Part shown: in pieces, positions 18,011-27,780 of the stretch
Numbering within the stretch: position 1 is the first letter of the stretch
Layout of the letters: each line of letters starts with the position of its first letter
NCBI GenBank assembly: GCA_035438765.1
Contig: DAORIZ010000002.1
Location: forward strand, 65,249-129,248
Direction: 5' to 3'
Source: Burkholderiales bacterium
Lineage (GTDB): Bacteria > Pseudomonadota > Gammaproteobacteria > Burkholderiales > UBA11063
DNA: 64,000 nt
Notes under the pieces: generated by a model
Told to the model about the DNA's origin: nothing
Database searches by the model: none
The model's input: only the letters and a program-made list of their open reading frames with translations
Made by a program: the position numbers and the translations under genes

Positions 18011-21000
18011 CTAATTCTCTTCAACCTCAATATTATCAAGGCTCATCAACTTGATAAGTTCATTAAACTCCATATTTAAAAATTCTTTGTTAAACTCATA
18101 ACGTCCATAAATATTAATATGTGCCCAAGCAATTGGTGAGATACGCTTGAGTTGTTCTACTTCATTAGTTTTGCCAGCCTTTTCCAATTTTATCAATAAA
18201 CTTGATAACAATCTTGCATTGTATAAAATAATATTGTTGGCTATAAATCTAGTACATTCATTGTAAATTTGTTGAGACATTTCAGAATGCACATTTAGTT
18301 TACCCTCATTCGCATAGGATATTGCTCGACGAAGTTTGTTATATGACTCACCACGGTTTAGAGCTTTTTGAATGTTTTGACGATAAGTAATGTCATCAAT
18401 ATAACGTAAAATATGAATACTGCGAATAATATTGTCTAATTCACATAATGCAGCTTTCGTTCGATTTCTACGTTTATGTGAACTTAACTTACTAATTATT
18501 ACGCCTTGAGTGGTTCCTTTGGTGGCTAACGACACCATAATTTTTTTGATGTTATCTTCTTCATCCAAAATAAGCTGTTTATTTACTTTCTTGGTTGGCT
18601 TTATCTTATATTTGCTGTATTCTTCTTTTGATTTAAAGCCATAAATATGCCCATCAATTTTACCAGCAGTATCCTTATATCTTGGTGCAAAAATATAATC
18701 AAAAAAGTATAAAATAATGAAATTTACAGCATTAGTTCCATGTGTATCAGTGGATAGAATATCTGGATCAATGTCTGAGGTGTTGTTAAACAGTAGGTCA
18801 AATATGAAGTTACCTTCATACTCATGAGCACCAAGTAATTTAACATTTGCCGCAATATGATTTACTACCAGTGTCAATGCTGACACTCCTTTATTAACGC
18901 CAAAGTATTTTGGTGAACATCTTGAATTAAAAGTGTCGAGGATAGTTTCAATTTTTGTTCCATCAGCACTGGCATGTATAAATTCTTCAAGAATATTATG
19001 ATGCTTACTAATCGGGAGCTTCGCAATCTCATTACTAACTTTATCATTAGCAGCCCGCAATGTTTCTAGTCTTATTCTACTATGTGTGGTAGATGCTAGC
19101 GAATTATAGCTTATATCAGATATTTTACCCATTTCCCCAAGACCGATGAACGTACCCATTGCAATTATGCTGGCTAAAAGACTGCTTGTTTGTAACTCTG
19201 ATTTATTATAACGATTAACCAGCGGTGTAAAACATTCCAAAAGAGAACAATGTTTATTATTCTCAATAATGATATCAGCAATAGCAATCCTCGGCAAATC
19301 GTTAAAAACATAATGATTGTCGGGCTCATCAAGCTTAGCATATGGCAAACTCCACGTATTTCCTAACTTTTTACCTGATAGTTTTATATGTGGGTTTTCA
19401 CCAGCATCAAAACGAGTATTCACTCGCTCAATCCAGTATTCAAGCTCTTTTTCTAATTCATCTAATGTTTCAGACAGTGGCGCAATGAGTTTTTTATAGC
19501 CAAGATTCTTGATAATATTTTCTTTATCTTGCCAACAAGCATCATCAACAAGGTCGTCATCAAAGTTTCTATATTTGTTGCTATCATTAACAAATATATG
19601 TCCAGCACCACAATTGTTGCTTAATTGTTGATACAACCAGAACTCATACTTATCGCAATTTATAACTTTTGTGTTGCTGACCTCATCACATAAATATGAA
19701 TATATTGATTTTGCGATAGCTGTTACTGGGAATTCGCTAGGTTTTACTTTCATTAATGTTCTATAAGTTGTTAGCTTTTGTTTTACAAAATCATAAGATT
19801 GCATGAGATTAGCCGAATTATTATTACCTTTAAAATCTAGACTTAGCAACAATGGTCGTAAGTTTTTCTTGATTCTGCCTGCTATCTGTACATAATAGCT
19901 CCATTCTAAGGCTGTAAGGTCAAATTTCTGATCATTTAAATATTCAGTAAACGCTTTAAATTCATCAAATGGTAATATTTTATAAGCAATATCCTTGATT
20001 TTACTAAATGCAAATTCATCATATTGATTATTATAGAACATTTCAAATATCGATGCTGCTTTCTTAAATTGAGCAGTTTGGATGATTTGTTGTTGTGCAA
20101 CAAATGTTTTAGCATACTTATCAGCTTCATGCAAATACCAATCAACATAATGAATAAAACAGTCAATTAGGTTGTCATTCATTTTTTTAAATCGATAGTG
20201 AATAAAACATATCAAATAAATTAATGCTTTACTCTTATTCATTCGTTTAAGCTTATAAACATTGTAGTAATCAACCAATGATGCATAATATTTAATGCTG
20301 GAATTAGAGATGTTCAGCTGTGGTAAAAATTCTTTGGATACATAATATAAATCTTGGATTTGTCTAAGTTTTACTATTTCAGCTTGCATTTCCTTATAAC
20401 CAAATGACTTCAACTCACGTTTCAAATAGGTAATTTCATGTAAACTATTATTAGCTTCAAGCAATTTCTCTAGCTTTTTATGTATATCTTGGTTGACCAG
20501 TTTATTTAAGAGCAGTGTTAATCTTTTTTCTTCAGCAGTAATTGCCCTACCAATAATATCCTGCAAAACCGTATAACCAGGGAGGATAACTCTATTTTTA
20601 TGTAAATATCGAACCACTTCTTTAAAAATGAATACTGGGTCATTATCAATACTGACCATCTCAGCCACAAATGCTTCAATTTGTTTCTTAATGCTTAAAT
20701 CACATGCTTTATAATCAAATAGCTTTAAGATTTTATATTCTAATTCAAGTCTGGTTGGGCGGCTAATGTTTAATTTGATTTTTTTCTTATATGATGGAAA
20801 ATACTTAGACTTTACAAACTGAAAATTAGCACTGATATTTTTGATTGTTTCTAAATTAAATAACTGTCTACTGGCTTTGAAATAACCAAGAAGTAAAATG
20901 AAGTATACTTTGCTCGCTGTTGAGCCGATACCATTAACTATATTTTCCTCATGGTTATCCAACGTGAGGTAATGTTGTTGCTCATCCGAGTCAAAGTTTT

Positions 21001-21061
21001 TCGGTTCGTAATAAAATTTAATTTCCGCATTATTTAGAATTGTTAAACGTTTTGTAGTCAT
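18011..21061 (-). CDS. tnpA: Tn3-family DDE transposase (1016 aa)
   Basis: Size, position next to the IR, and C-terminal motifs typical of the family (...LSTDTHGTNAVNF..., ...ALNRGESYNKLRRAI...). Confidence 0.9.
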   Translation of the reverse strand: MTTKRLTILNNAEIKFYYEPKNFDSDEQQHYLTLDNHEENIVNGIGSTASKVYFILLLGYFKASRQLFNLETIKNISANFQFVKSKYFPSYKKKIKLNISRPTRLELEYKILKLFDYKACDLSIKKQIEAFVAEMVSIDNDPVFIFKEVVRYLHKNRVILPGYTVLQDIIGRAITAEEKRLTLLLNKLVNQDIHKKLEKLLEANNSLHEITYLKRELKSFGYKEMQAEIVKLRQIQDLYYVSKEFLPQLNISNSSIKYYASLVDYYNVYKLKRMNKSKALIYLICFIHYRFKKMNDNLIDCFIHYVDWYLHEADKYAKTFVAQQQIIQTAQFKKAASIFEMFYNNQYDEFAFSKIKDIAYKILPFDEFKAFTEYLNDQKFDLTALEWSYYVQIAGRIKKNLRPLLLSLDFKGNNNSANLMQSYDFVKQKLTTYRTLMKVKPSEFPVTAIAKSIYSYLCDEVSNTKVINCDKYEFWLYQQLSNNCGAGHIFVNDSNKYRNFDDDLVDDACWQDKENIIKNLGYKKLIAPLSETLDELEKELEYWIERVNTRFDAGENPHIKLSGKKLGNTWSLPYAKLDEPDNHYVFNDLPRIAIADIIIENNKHCSLLECFTPLVNRYNKSELQTSSLLASIIAMGTFIGLGEMGKISDISYNSLASTTHSRIRLETLRAANDKVSNEIAKLPISKHHNILEEFIHASADGTKIETILDTFNSRCSPKYFGVNKGVSALTLVVNHIAANVKLLGAHEYEGNFIFDLLFNNTSDIDPDILSTDTHGTNAVNFIILYFFDYIFAPRYKDTAGKIDGHIYGFKSKEEYSKYKIKPTKKVNKQLILDEEDNIKKIMVSLATKGTTQGVIISKLSSHKRRNRTKAALCELDNIIRSIHILRYIDDITYRQNIQKALNRGESYNKLRRAISYANEGKLNVHSEMSQQIYNECTRFIANNIILYNARLLSSLLIKLEKAGKTNEVEQLKRISPIAWAHINIYGRYEFNKEFLNMEFNELIKLMSLDNIEVEEN

Positions 21062-21652
21062 TTATTTTTTTATGTATGATCCAATAATAACATTACGGTG
21101 ACGAAGATAGTTATAAAATGTGGATCTGGCAATTCCCAATTGGCTAATAATCTGACTAACTGTTAATTTGCCTTCTTTGTACAGGGTTTCAGCAGCACAT
21201 GCAATAGATTCATTTTTCTGTGACAATCCTTTTGGTTTGCCACCCAGCCTACCCCTAGCACGTGCAGCAGCCAATCCAGCAGTAGTTCTTTCCTGAATTA
21301 AATCACGCTCAAATTCAGCTAATGATGCAAAAATGTTAAATATTAATCTACCTTGTGGTGTGGTGGTATCAATGTGGTCATGTAAGCTCCTGAGTCCAAC
21401 GTCTTGTTGAATAAACTTGTTGACTAATTCTACCAAATGTTTTAAAGACCTACCAAGACGGTCTAGTTTCCAAATCACAACAATATCTCCAGGTCGCAAA
21501 TTATTAACTAATTCCTGTAATTTTGGTCTGTCGGCTTTAGTACCACTCATTACCTCAGCATAAATTTTTTCGCAACCATCTTGTTTTAGGGCATCGGTTT
21601 GTAAATCTAAATTCTGGTCTTTAGTTGATATTCTTGCATAGCCAATTTTCAT
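21062..21652 (-). CDS. tnpR: serine recombinase (resolvase)
   Basis: MKIGYARISTKDQNLDLQ catalytic-Ser motif, C-terminal HTH (LTVSQIISQLGIARSTFYNY). Lies directly upstream of tnpA and co-directional with it. Confidence 0.9.
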   Translation of the reverse strand: MKIGYARISTKDQNLDLQTDALKQDGCEKIYAEVMSGTKADRPKLQELVNNLRPGDIVVIWKLDRLGRSLKHLVELVNKFIQQDVGLRSLHDHIDTTTPQGRLIFNIFASLAEFERDLIQERTTAGLAAARARGRLGGKPKGLSQKNESIACAAETLYKEGKLTVSQIISQLGIARSTFYNYLRHRNVIIGSYIKK

Positions 21653-21780
21653 AGATACACCTTGTAAATGTTCGTTTTAATCAGTAAAAATATTATTACA
21701 GAACTTTGAAATAGAATACTAGTATTATAAACTGATTTTGAGGTATAATACACAATATTTTCAGTTTTAAAAATAGTCTT

Positions 21781-21798
21781 TAATAACGGACGTTATTA
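21781..21798. promoter_or_regulatory. res-like palindrome TAATAACG-GA-CGTTATTA (candidate crossover subsite)
   Basis: 18-bp dyad about 130 bp upstream of tnpR, at the distal end of the tnpR-cargo intergenic region. Confidence 0.5.
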
Positions 21799-21831
21799 CG
21801 AACTTTGTTTTTTCTGTCTAAGGTAAAAGAT

Positions 21832-22653
21832 ATGACTCCGTACAATGATATCAATGAAATTCTATCTTTCATGGCAAATAGCATTCAAGGCATTTTAGGT
21901 AATAATTTGATTGGCTTATATTTATGTGGTTCTTTATCTTATGGTGATTTTAACCCGAATAGTAGTGATATTGATTTAATCACAGTCTTAGCTCAACCAC
22001 TCAATAATTCTGAAACTAAATTAATAAAACAACTACATTTACAGATTGAGGATTTATCTAAAAAATGGAAAGATAGATTAGAATGCTCATATACACCAAT
22101 TAATATGTTTAAAAATATTTTACCACCTAAAGAACCTCGGCCATATTATGGCGGTGCAATTTTTTATGAAGAAGCTCCATATGGAAATGAATGGATTATA
22201 AATAATTATTTGTTATATCAACATGGTATTTCTCTTATAGGACCAGAATTCAAGAAATTAATTAAACCTATTGATCTCATCGAAGTGCAAAGAGCGTGTA
22301 TACAAGATTTATTTCAGGAGTGGGAACCAAAAATAAAAGACACAGAATGGCTAGACAATAGTCATTATCAATCCTATATTGTTATGAACCTATGCAGAAT
22401 TCTATATACTGTCTTACATGGAGTTACTGGCACAAAAAAGACTTCTGCTGAGTGGGTTAAAAAGGAATTTGGTTTGCCATGGAGTAATCTAATTGAACAT
22501 GCTGCACATTGGGAGTACGGTAAAAAATTACTCTTAAAAAGTGAAACTATTAATTTCATTAAATTTTGTGTGAACGAAATTAAACAAACAGAAACATATA
22601 AGCAGATGTTATCTAAAAACTCTGTGAGATCGTTGTGTACAGGAATTGAATAA
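21832..22653 (+). CDS. nucleotidyltransferase, aminoglycoside adenylyltransferase (ANT/AadA)-like
   Basis: LIGLYLCGSLSYGDFNPNSSDIDLITVL matches the GS-X10-DxD polymerase-beta-type NTase motif as found in AadA. About 273 aa from the ATG at 21832, which is preceded by AAGG. Confidence 0.55.
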   Translation: MTPYNDINEILSFMANSIQGILGNNLIGLYLCGSLSYGDFNPNSSDIDLITVLAQPLNNSETKLIKQLHLQIEDLSKKWKDRLECSYTPINMFKNILPPKEPRPYYGGAIFYEEAPYGNEWIINNYLLYQHGISLIGPEFKKLIKPIDLIEVQRACIQDLFQEWEPKIKDTEWLDNSHYQSYIVMNLCRILYTVLHGVTGTKKTSAEWVKKEFGLPWSNLIEHAAHWEYGKKLLLKSETINFIKFCVNEIKQTETYKQMLSKNSVRSLCTGIE

Positions 22654-22684
22654 AATTTAACTAATTACAAAAGATGACTTTAAT

Positions 22685-23839
22685 ATGAAAAAAATATTGG
22701 TAGTTGGTGCAGGTGTTGCTGGTTTAACTGTTTGCTACTGGTTAAAGAAGTTTGGATTCTTACCAGTTCTGATTGAAAAAAGTGATTTCTTAAGAACAGG
22801 TGGTCATGCTGTAGATATTCGCAGTCCAGCCGTAGATATAATTAAAAAGATGGATATCTATGAAAGCATATTTGAGATGCGTACTCAGCTAGAGAATAGC
22901 TACCATGTGGGTGCAGATAATAAAATTATAAAAGAATCACACGGAGAAGAATCTGGCTTTAATCATGGTGATGATGTCGAAATTGTTCGCGGTGATTTAT
23001 TATGGATATTGATGGACTCTATTAAAGATATTCCATGTCATTTTGGTCAAACTATTACTCAAATTAAACAACATGAAAAATATGTTGAAATTACCTTAAA
23101 GAGTGGTAAAACTGAATATTATGATTTAGTTATTGGTGCTGATGGGCTGTATTCATCTACTAGAGAAATGGCTTTTACCACAGAACAATTTGCTTCAGTT
23201 GACCTCAACACTTATATAGGAGTTTTTAGTATTCCAAATTATCTTAATTTAAGTAGATCTGAAATAGATTTTGAGTCAGATAACAAACTAATTTCTGTTA
23301 CATCATTTAATGATAGGTATATTGATAAAGCAATTGTCGCATTCTCATTTAGTTGTGACGAAAAAATGAACGATGTACGAGATCAAATGGAGCAAAAAAC
23401 CTTGTTGAGAAGCAAATTCATGAATATGGGTTGGGAAGTCAATAACTTACTTAAATTAATGGATGATAGCGATGACTTTTATTTTGACAGTGCCAAACAA
23501 ATACATATGACATCATGGACAGAAGGTAGAGTAGCTCTTATTGGTGATGCAGGATATTGCGCCGCACCGCTGGCTGGGCAGGGTACAAGTCAAGCAATTA
23601 TTGGGGCATATCTCTTAGCCGTGGAATTAAAACGTTTAGGAGGCAATCATTCTATTGCATTTGACCATTATAATAAATTATTACGACCTTATGTTGAAGC
23701 TAATCATGATCTTGCATTATGGGTAAGTGAAATGTATTTTTTGCTAGATGAGGTATCAGATACGGAAATAGAATTAAGAAATGATATGATTAAAGAAAAA
23801 TTACAAATAGCATCAAATGCAATCAAACTACCAGAATAA
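22685..23839 (+). CDS. class A FAD-dependent monooxygenase
   Basis: KILVVGAGVAGL (GxGxxG), DLVIGADGLYSSTR (DG motif) and ALIGDAGYCAAPLAGQGTSQAI (GD motif). 384 aa. Confidence 0.75.
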   Translation: MKKILVVGAGVAGLTVCYWLKKFGFLPVLIEKSDFLRTGGHAVDIRSPAVDIIKKMDIYESIFEMRTQLENSYHVGADNKIIKESHGEESGFNHGDDVEIVRGDLLWILMDSIKDIPCHFGQTITQIKQHEKYVEITLKSGKTEYYDLVIGADGLYSSTREMAFTTEQFASVDLNTYIGVFSIPNYLNLSRSEIDFESDNKLISVTSFNDRYIDKAIVAFSFSCDEKMNDVRDQMEQKTLLRSKFMNMGWEVNNLLKLMDDSDDFYFDSAKQIHMTSWTEGRVALIGDAGYCAAPLAGQGTSQAIIGAYLLAVELKRLGGNHSIAFDHYNKLLRPYVEANHDLALWVSEMYFLLDEVSDTEIELRNDMIKEKLQIASNAIKLPE

Positions 23840-23842
23840 GCC

Positions 23843-23882
23843 TCAAGATTTTACACTTTTGAGGGGATGGGCAAAAATACCC
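23843..23882. repeat. terminal IR of Tn3-family element (cargo end)
   Basis: Inverted copy of 17969-18008 (35/40 matches). Confidence 0.85.
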
Positions 23883-23978
23883 TACAGCTGGTTTGTTGAT
23901 GTGATACAATTCTTATCTATATGTGAGATTGTATAATTTTATATCAAATTATAGGTTAATACTTAACAGTGACTAAAA

Positions 23979-24593
23979 ATGGCTAAAATTATCGCTTATC
24001 TGCGTGCTTCTACAGATAAACAAGATTTAAATAATCAAAAACTAGAAATTCTGGAGTATGCACGCAAAAATCATCTTGAGATTAATGATTTTATTGAAAT
24101 TACTATTTCGAGCAGGAAAACCAGCAAGGATAGGCGTATTGATGAGATGGTATCAACTTTAAGTGATGCAGATACTCTTATTGTTACTGAATTAAGCCGG
24201 CTAGGTCGAAGCACAGCTGAAATCATTGGTCTAGTTAATGCGTTAATTAAGAAACAAGTTCGGGTTATAGCGATTAAACAAAGCCTCGACCTGAAGCAGC
24301 ACGACATGAATTCGAAAATCATTACCGCTCTATTCTCTTTATTTGCTGAACTTGAAAGGGATTTAATTAGTTTAAGAACAAAAGAAGCTTTGGCAAATAA
24401 AAAGTCTCAAGGTATTCAGCTAGGCAAACCTAAAGGTACGATTCAAAAAAGTAAATTTGATAAAGATCTTCCAAAAATCAAGGAGCTATTAACCCTAGGA
24501 TTATCCGTCAGAAAAATAGCTAATTTTTTAGGTTACTCAAATCACATAGGGTTAAATGAGTATATTAGAAAACGAAACATAATAATACGTTAA
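23979..24593 (+). CDS. tnpR: serine recombinase (resolvase of the second transposon)
   Basis: MAKIIAYLRASTDKQDLNNQ catalytic-Ser motif and C-terminal HTH. After the first transposon is deleted in silico, this gene is divergent from the 999-aa transposase. Confidence 0.8.
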   Translation: MAKIIAYLRASTDKQDLNNQKLEILEYARKNHLEINDFIEITISSRKTSKDRRIDEMVSTLSDADTLIVTELSRLGRSTAEIIGLVNALIKKQVRVIAIKQSLDLKQHDMNSKIITALFSLFAELERDLISLRTKEALANKKSQGIQLGKPKGTIQKSKFDKDLPKIKELLTLGLSVRKIANFLGYSNHIGLNEYIRKRNIIIR

Positions 24594-25061
24594 ACAGATT
24601 AGAAAAATAGGCACTACTTACTTTACCATATGAGTTGCAGTGAAAATTCAAATAAAATCATTTACTTTAAGTAAGAAATAAATACCATGAGCTCATCTTT
24701 AAATGTTATTCTTGTTATTGTCGGATCTTTAGTCCTAGGTATTTTTAGTTTTCCTGCGATAATTAATCGAGGCTTTAAAGGAGTACTGTTGTTTTGTACT
24801 GCCTGTTAAGTTGCTTATTATATTTGGGAGTGGCTGGGTCATCCTTTGATATCTATTTGTATATTATTTAGCATTTTGTGGATTGGATTTATTTTTATTA
24901 AGGGTTAACTAGTATTAATCAAGTGTTGTAATATGAAACAGTCAGTGTCTGATTATAGGTTAAATAATGTATAATATGTTTAAAATACAGTTAGCTGCTA
25001 AACAGATAAGTTATAATTAAACGGTGATTTATGTCTGTAATTTTATAATGGGGTAGTAATT

Positions 25062-27713
25062 GTGAAAAAATTTAAATATATATTTCTTTCTATTATTTCT
25101 TCAGGGATTATTTCCTGTGGCGGAAGCAGTGGAGGCTCTTCCGGAGGAGGGGCAAACCCACCTGTTCCAAGTACATATGCTACTTCTATAAATATGGGAA
25201 ATATTTCTACTATTCCACTAGGTCAGGGATCATCTGGCAAATCAACAATTACTGTTACCAATAATTTGAGTGATAAGGTGGTTTTAACTAAAGCAACTTA
25301 TACAGTTACGGCAAATGGCGTTACAAATTCACCGCAAACTGCTAATACAGCAGGAAGTCCTGTTGATGTTAGCCAATGTGGAAGTATTTCTCCCCGTGGC
25401 GCTTGTAGTATAAATGTAAGCCCTCCTGATAATGTTGGTCAAGCCCAATACGTTGTAAGCATGGAGTATTTGGATGCTTCTTCTGGTAAAACATATTTAG
25501 CAACTAATATAGTAAGCTTTTCTGATACTGTTCCAGTTACTGATACAGGCGTAAGATATTCAACGTTAAACAATAATGTTTATAACGAGCCAGGTGGCAG
25601 TACAACAATAACTATTCCGTTTCAATTGACTAAAAACTTTGCAAACTTAAGTGCAAGTAGTAACAATTCAAATCCAGCTTTTGCGCCAACAATAAGTTGT
25701 CCAGGCAATAGCTATACTATAGGAGCACTTTGTAATCTTTATGTTAAGATTTCCAATACCGGAACTAATCCTGTAGTTGCCGGAGGAGTAACAGTTAGCG
25801 GTGAACCATTAGTTGTTTCACAATCGACGGCTAATAAATCTCAGTTAAAATCATTAAATGCATCACTAAAAGGTGCTACTTCATATCTTTTTGGTGTTCC
25901 AATTACGGTATCACAGAATTTAACTGGTAATCTAGTTACTTCTGCAATAAATGTTGTAGTTAATCCATCAAACGGGAGCTCTCCACAAACGGTTACCTTA
26001 TTAAATAATGGAACTGCAACCATTACAGGCATTTCAGTTAATGGTGTTACTCCTGTAACAATTGCTAGCAATGGATGTTCAAGTCTAGCCGTTGGTGCAT
26101 CTTGTACATTTAATGTAAATGTTAATTCAAGTACTAGTGGGCAATCGACAGTAAATATTTCTTACAACAATGGCGCAACCAGTGGAAATACAACTGGGTT
26201 ATTAGTATTTAACGTTGTTTATATATCTTCAACTTCTAGTCCAGGACTTAGTCTAACTTCTGGGCAGGGTAATTTAAATAATGTACCAATAAATACCACA
26301 CAATTTTATAATATTGTCGTTAATAATACAGGTAGTGTAACTTTAAATAATATTAGATTCACTAATCCAAACTTACAAAACGCATTCTTTAGTTGGACAG
26401 GCGGGTCGTGCAATACATCAGGAACTCAGTCTTTAGGTGCTGGTGAATCATGTACCCTAGTATTACAGTATTCACCTACATCTGTGGGAAGCGGAACACT
26501 AAATATTAATGCGGCTGGTACGTGGCAAGATCAAAGTGGTAACCCGAAAACATATGCCGCTACTACGCTTGGTTTGGCATATAGTTCAATTACTGGCGAT
26601 GCATTTTTATATGTAACTCCTAATTATGTTTCATTTGCAATTCGTGCAGATGGACAAGATACAGCAACCCAAACATTCAATGTTGTTAATGCAGGTCTTC
26701 AATCAACTACATTAAATGTGATTTCAGTAGCTCCAGGGGTAACTGCATTTACTAATCTTGGTACTGGCACATGTACTTTAAGCCAAACACTAAATGTAAA
26801 TGAATCATGTACAATTAATACTCGATATGGTACAACCACAACTACTATGACCAATGTTGAGAGTCAAATTAATATTGGCTATAAACCAAATGGTAATTAT
26901 ACAAATGACGTATTTGCTTTTGCCAATTTGGTATTTAATAGTTCTCCAGCAGCATATGTAACAATTTCCAATATAGCAGTAACTGGTACAGGTAGCGGTA
27001 GTGGGACTTCTGGTAGTCCATACCTATATACTAACACTTCTGCTACTGGAGGTCAATTAGGCGTGGTAGTAACCTATAGTAATAGTGGCACAGCTAATGC
27101 TGAAAGCTTTAATGTTGCTCTTAATAATTTACCGGTAGGCTATGCTGAGTCATCCACGGGTAATACTTGTGGAACTGGTGCAACTACGACTACTCTTAAT
27201 ACAAGTAGCACATGTGCTGTTACCTTCTATGCTGTAAACCCAAATGGTTTATATAACCCATATGCTTTATCTGGAACTGGGCTTGGATTTAATATTCCTG
27301 GGTTTAGTTATAAAGATACAAATACCGGACTAAATACCAACCAATTTCCAACCTGGTCTGGGCACTATGGAAATAGTAATAGTATTTACGTAACCACTAG
27401 TCTATTTGCAACAGTTACTACTTCAACCCCTAGCTGGACTACAGCGAGTGCAGGTGGAACTAATAACTTTACCTTTACCGGCACACCAAACGGAACTGTT
27501 ATTACTATACCTAGTGGTCAATTAAATGGATTTACAATTGGTAATAGTGGGACTTGTACTATTGCAAGTGGAACTTGTACGATATCAATTACTAATCCGG
27601 CAAACTTTCCTACAGGAACTAATTATTTTAGTTACTATGTGACACCTGCTGGGGTAGCATCACCTAGTTCAACTAATAGCATAGTGCAACAAGCTAGCTT
27701 TACTTTAAATTAA
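25062..27713 (+). CDS. giant surface lipoprotein with repeated Cys-pair beta-sandwich modules (choice-of-anchor-D/ASH-like)
   Basis: Lipobox GIISC plus GGSSGGSSGG linker. 883 aa, rich in T/S/N/G. Recurrent C...L..G.SC...V module (GCSSLAVGASCTFNVNV; GSCNTSGTQSLGAGESCTLVLQYSP; GTCTLSQTLNVNESCTINT). Confidence 0.65.
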   Translation: MKKFKYIFLSIISSGIISCGGSSGGSSGGGANPPVPSTYATSINMGNISTIPLGQGSSGKSTITVTNNLSDKVVLTKATYTVTANGVTNSPQTANTAGSPVDVSQCGSISPRGACSINVSPPDNVGQAQYVVSMEYLDASSGKTYLATNIVSFSDTVPVTDTGVRYSTLNNNVYNEPGGSTTITIPFQLTKNFANLSASSNNSNPAFAPTISCPGNSYTIGALCNLYVKISNTGTNPVVAGGVTVSGEPLVVSQSTANKSQLKSLNASLKGATSYLFGVPITVSQNLTGNLVTSAINVVVNPSNGSSPQTVTLLNNGTATITGISVNGVTPVTIASNGCSSLAVGASCTFNVNVNSSTSGQSTVNISYNNGATSGNTTGLLVFNVVYISSTSSPGLSLTSGQGNLNNVPINTTQFYNIVVNNTGSVTLNNIRFTNPNLQNAFFSWTGGSCNTSGTQSLGAGESCTLVLQYSPTSVGSGTLNINAAGTWQDQSGNPKTYAATTLGLAYSSITGDAFLYVTPNYVSFAIRADGQDTATQTFNVVNAGLQSTTLNVISVAPGVTAFTNLGTGTCTLSQTLNVNESCTINTRYGTTTTTMTNVESQINIGYKPNGNYTNDVFAFANLVFNSSPAAYVTISNIAVTGTGSGSGTSGSPYLYTNTSATGGQLGVVVTYSNSGTANAESFNVALNNLPVGYAESSTGNTCGTGATTTTLNTSSTCAVTFYAVNPNGLYNPYALSGTGLGFNIPGFSYKDTNTGLNTNQFPTWSGHYGNSNSIYVTTSLFATVTTSTPSWTTASAGGTNNFTFTGTPNGTVITIPSGQLNGFTIGNSGTCTIASGTCTISITNPANFPTGTNYFSYYVTPAGVASPSSTNSIVQQASFTLN

Positions 27714-27725
27714 AGTGTAGTAAGT

Positions 27726-27758
27726 GGAGATAGTTTTTAGACATCTAAAACTATCTCC
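27726..27758 (+). other. perfect 12-bp-stem hairpin abutting the start-codon repeat
   Basis: GGAGATAGTTTT-tagacatct-AAAACTATCTCC. There is no U-tract after it, so it is not a canonical terminator. Confidence 0.5.
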
Positions 27759-27780
27759 ATGAATGAATGAATGAATGAAT
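27759..27780 (+). repeat. tetranucleotide repeat (ATGA)5 containing the start codon
   Basis: ATGAATGAATGAATGAATGAAT. Of the five ATGs, only the one at 27771 opens the 1066-aa frame. Confidence 0.9.

Larger units (their letters stand above)
17969..23882 (-). mobile_element. Tn3-family transposon, copy 1 (5,914 bp): tnpA, tnpR, res, two cargo genes
   Basis: About 40-bp imperfect terminal IRs (35/40). Left flank ATCAT, right flank TACAG. Offset to copy 2 is exactly 23,690 bp for every ORF boundary and both ends. Confidence 0.9.

Noticed and set aside
24687-24809. 40-aa hydrophobic ORF (MSSSLNVILVIVGSLVLGIFSFPAIINRGFKGVLLFCTAC) between the resolvase and the giant lipoprotein gene
   Set aside because: It has no convincing RBS and is too short to judge, so I left it unannotated.
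23979-25061. The 204-aa serine recombinase as a Hin-like invertase switching a promoter for the giant lipoprotein genes
   Set aside because: I found no inverted repeats bracketing the 24.6-25.06 kb leader. The gene is fully explained as the resolvase of the reconstructed second Tn3-family transposon.
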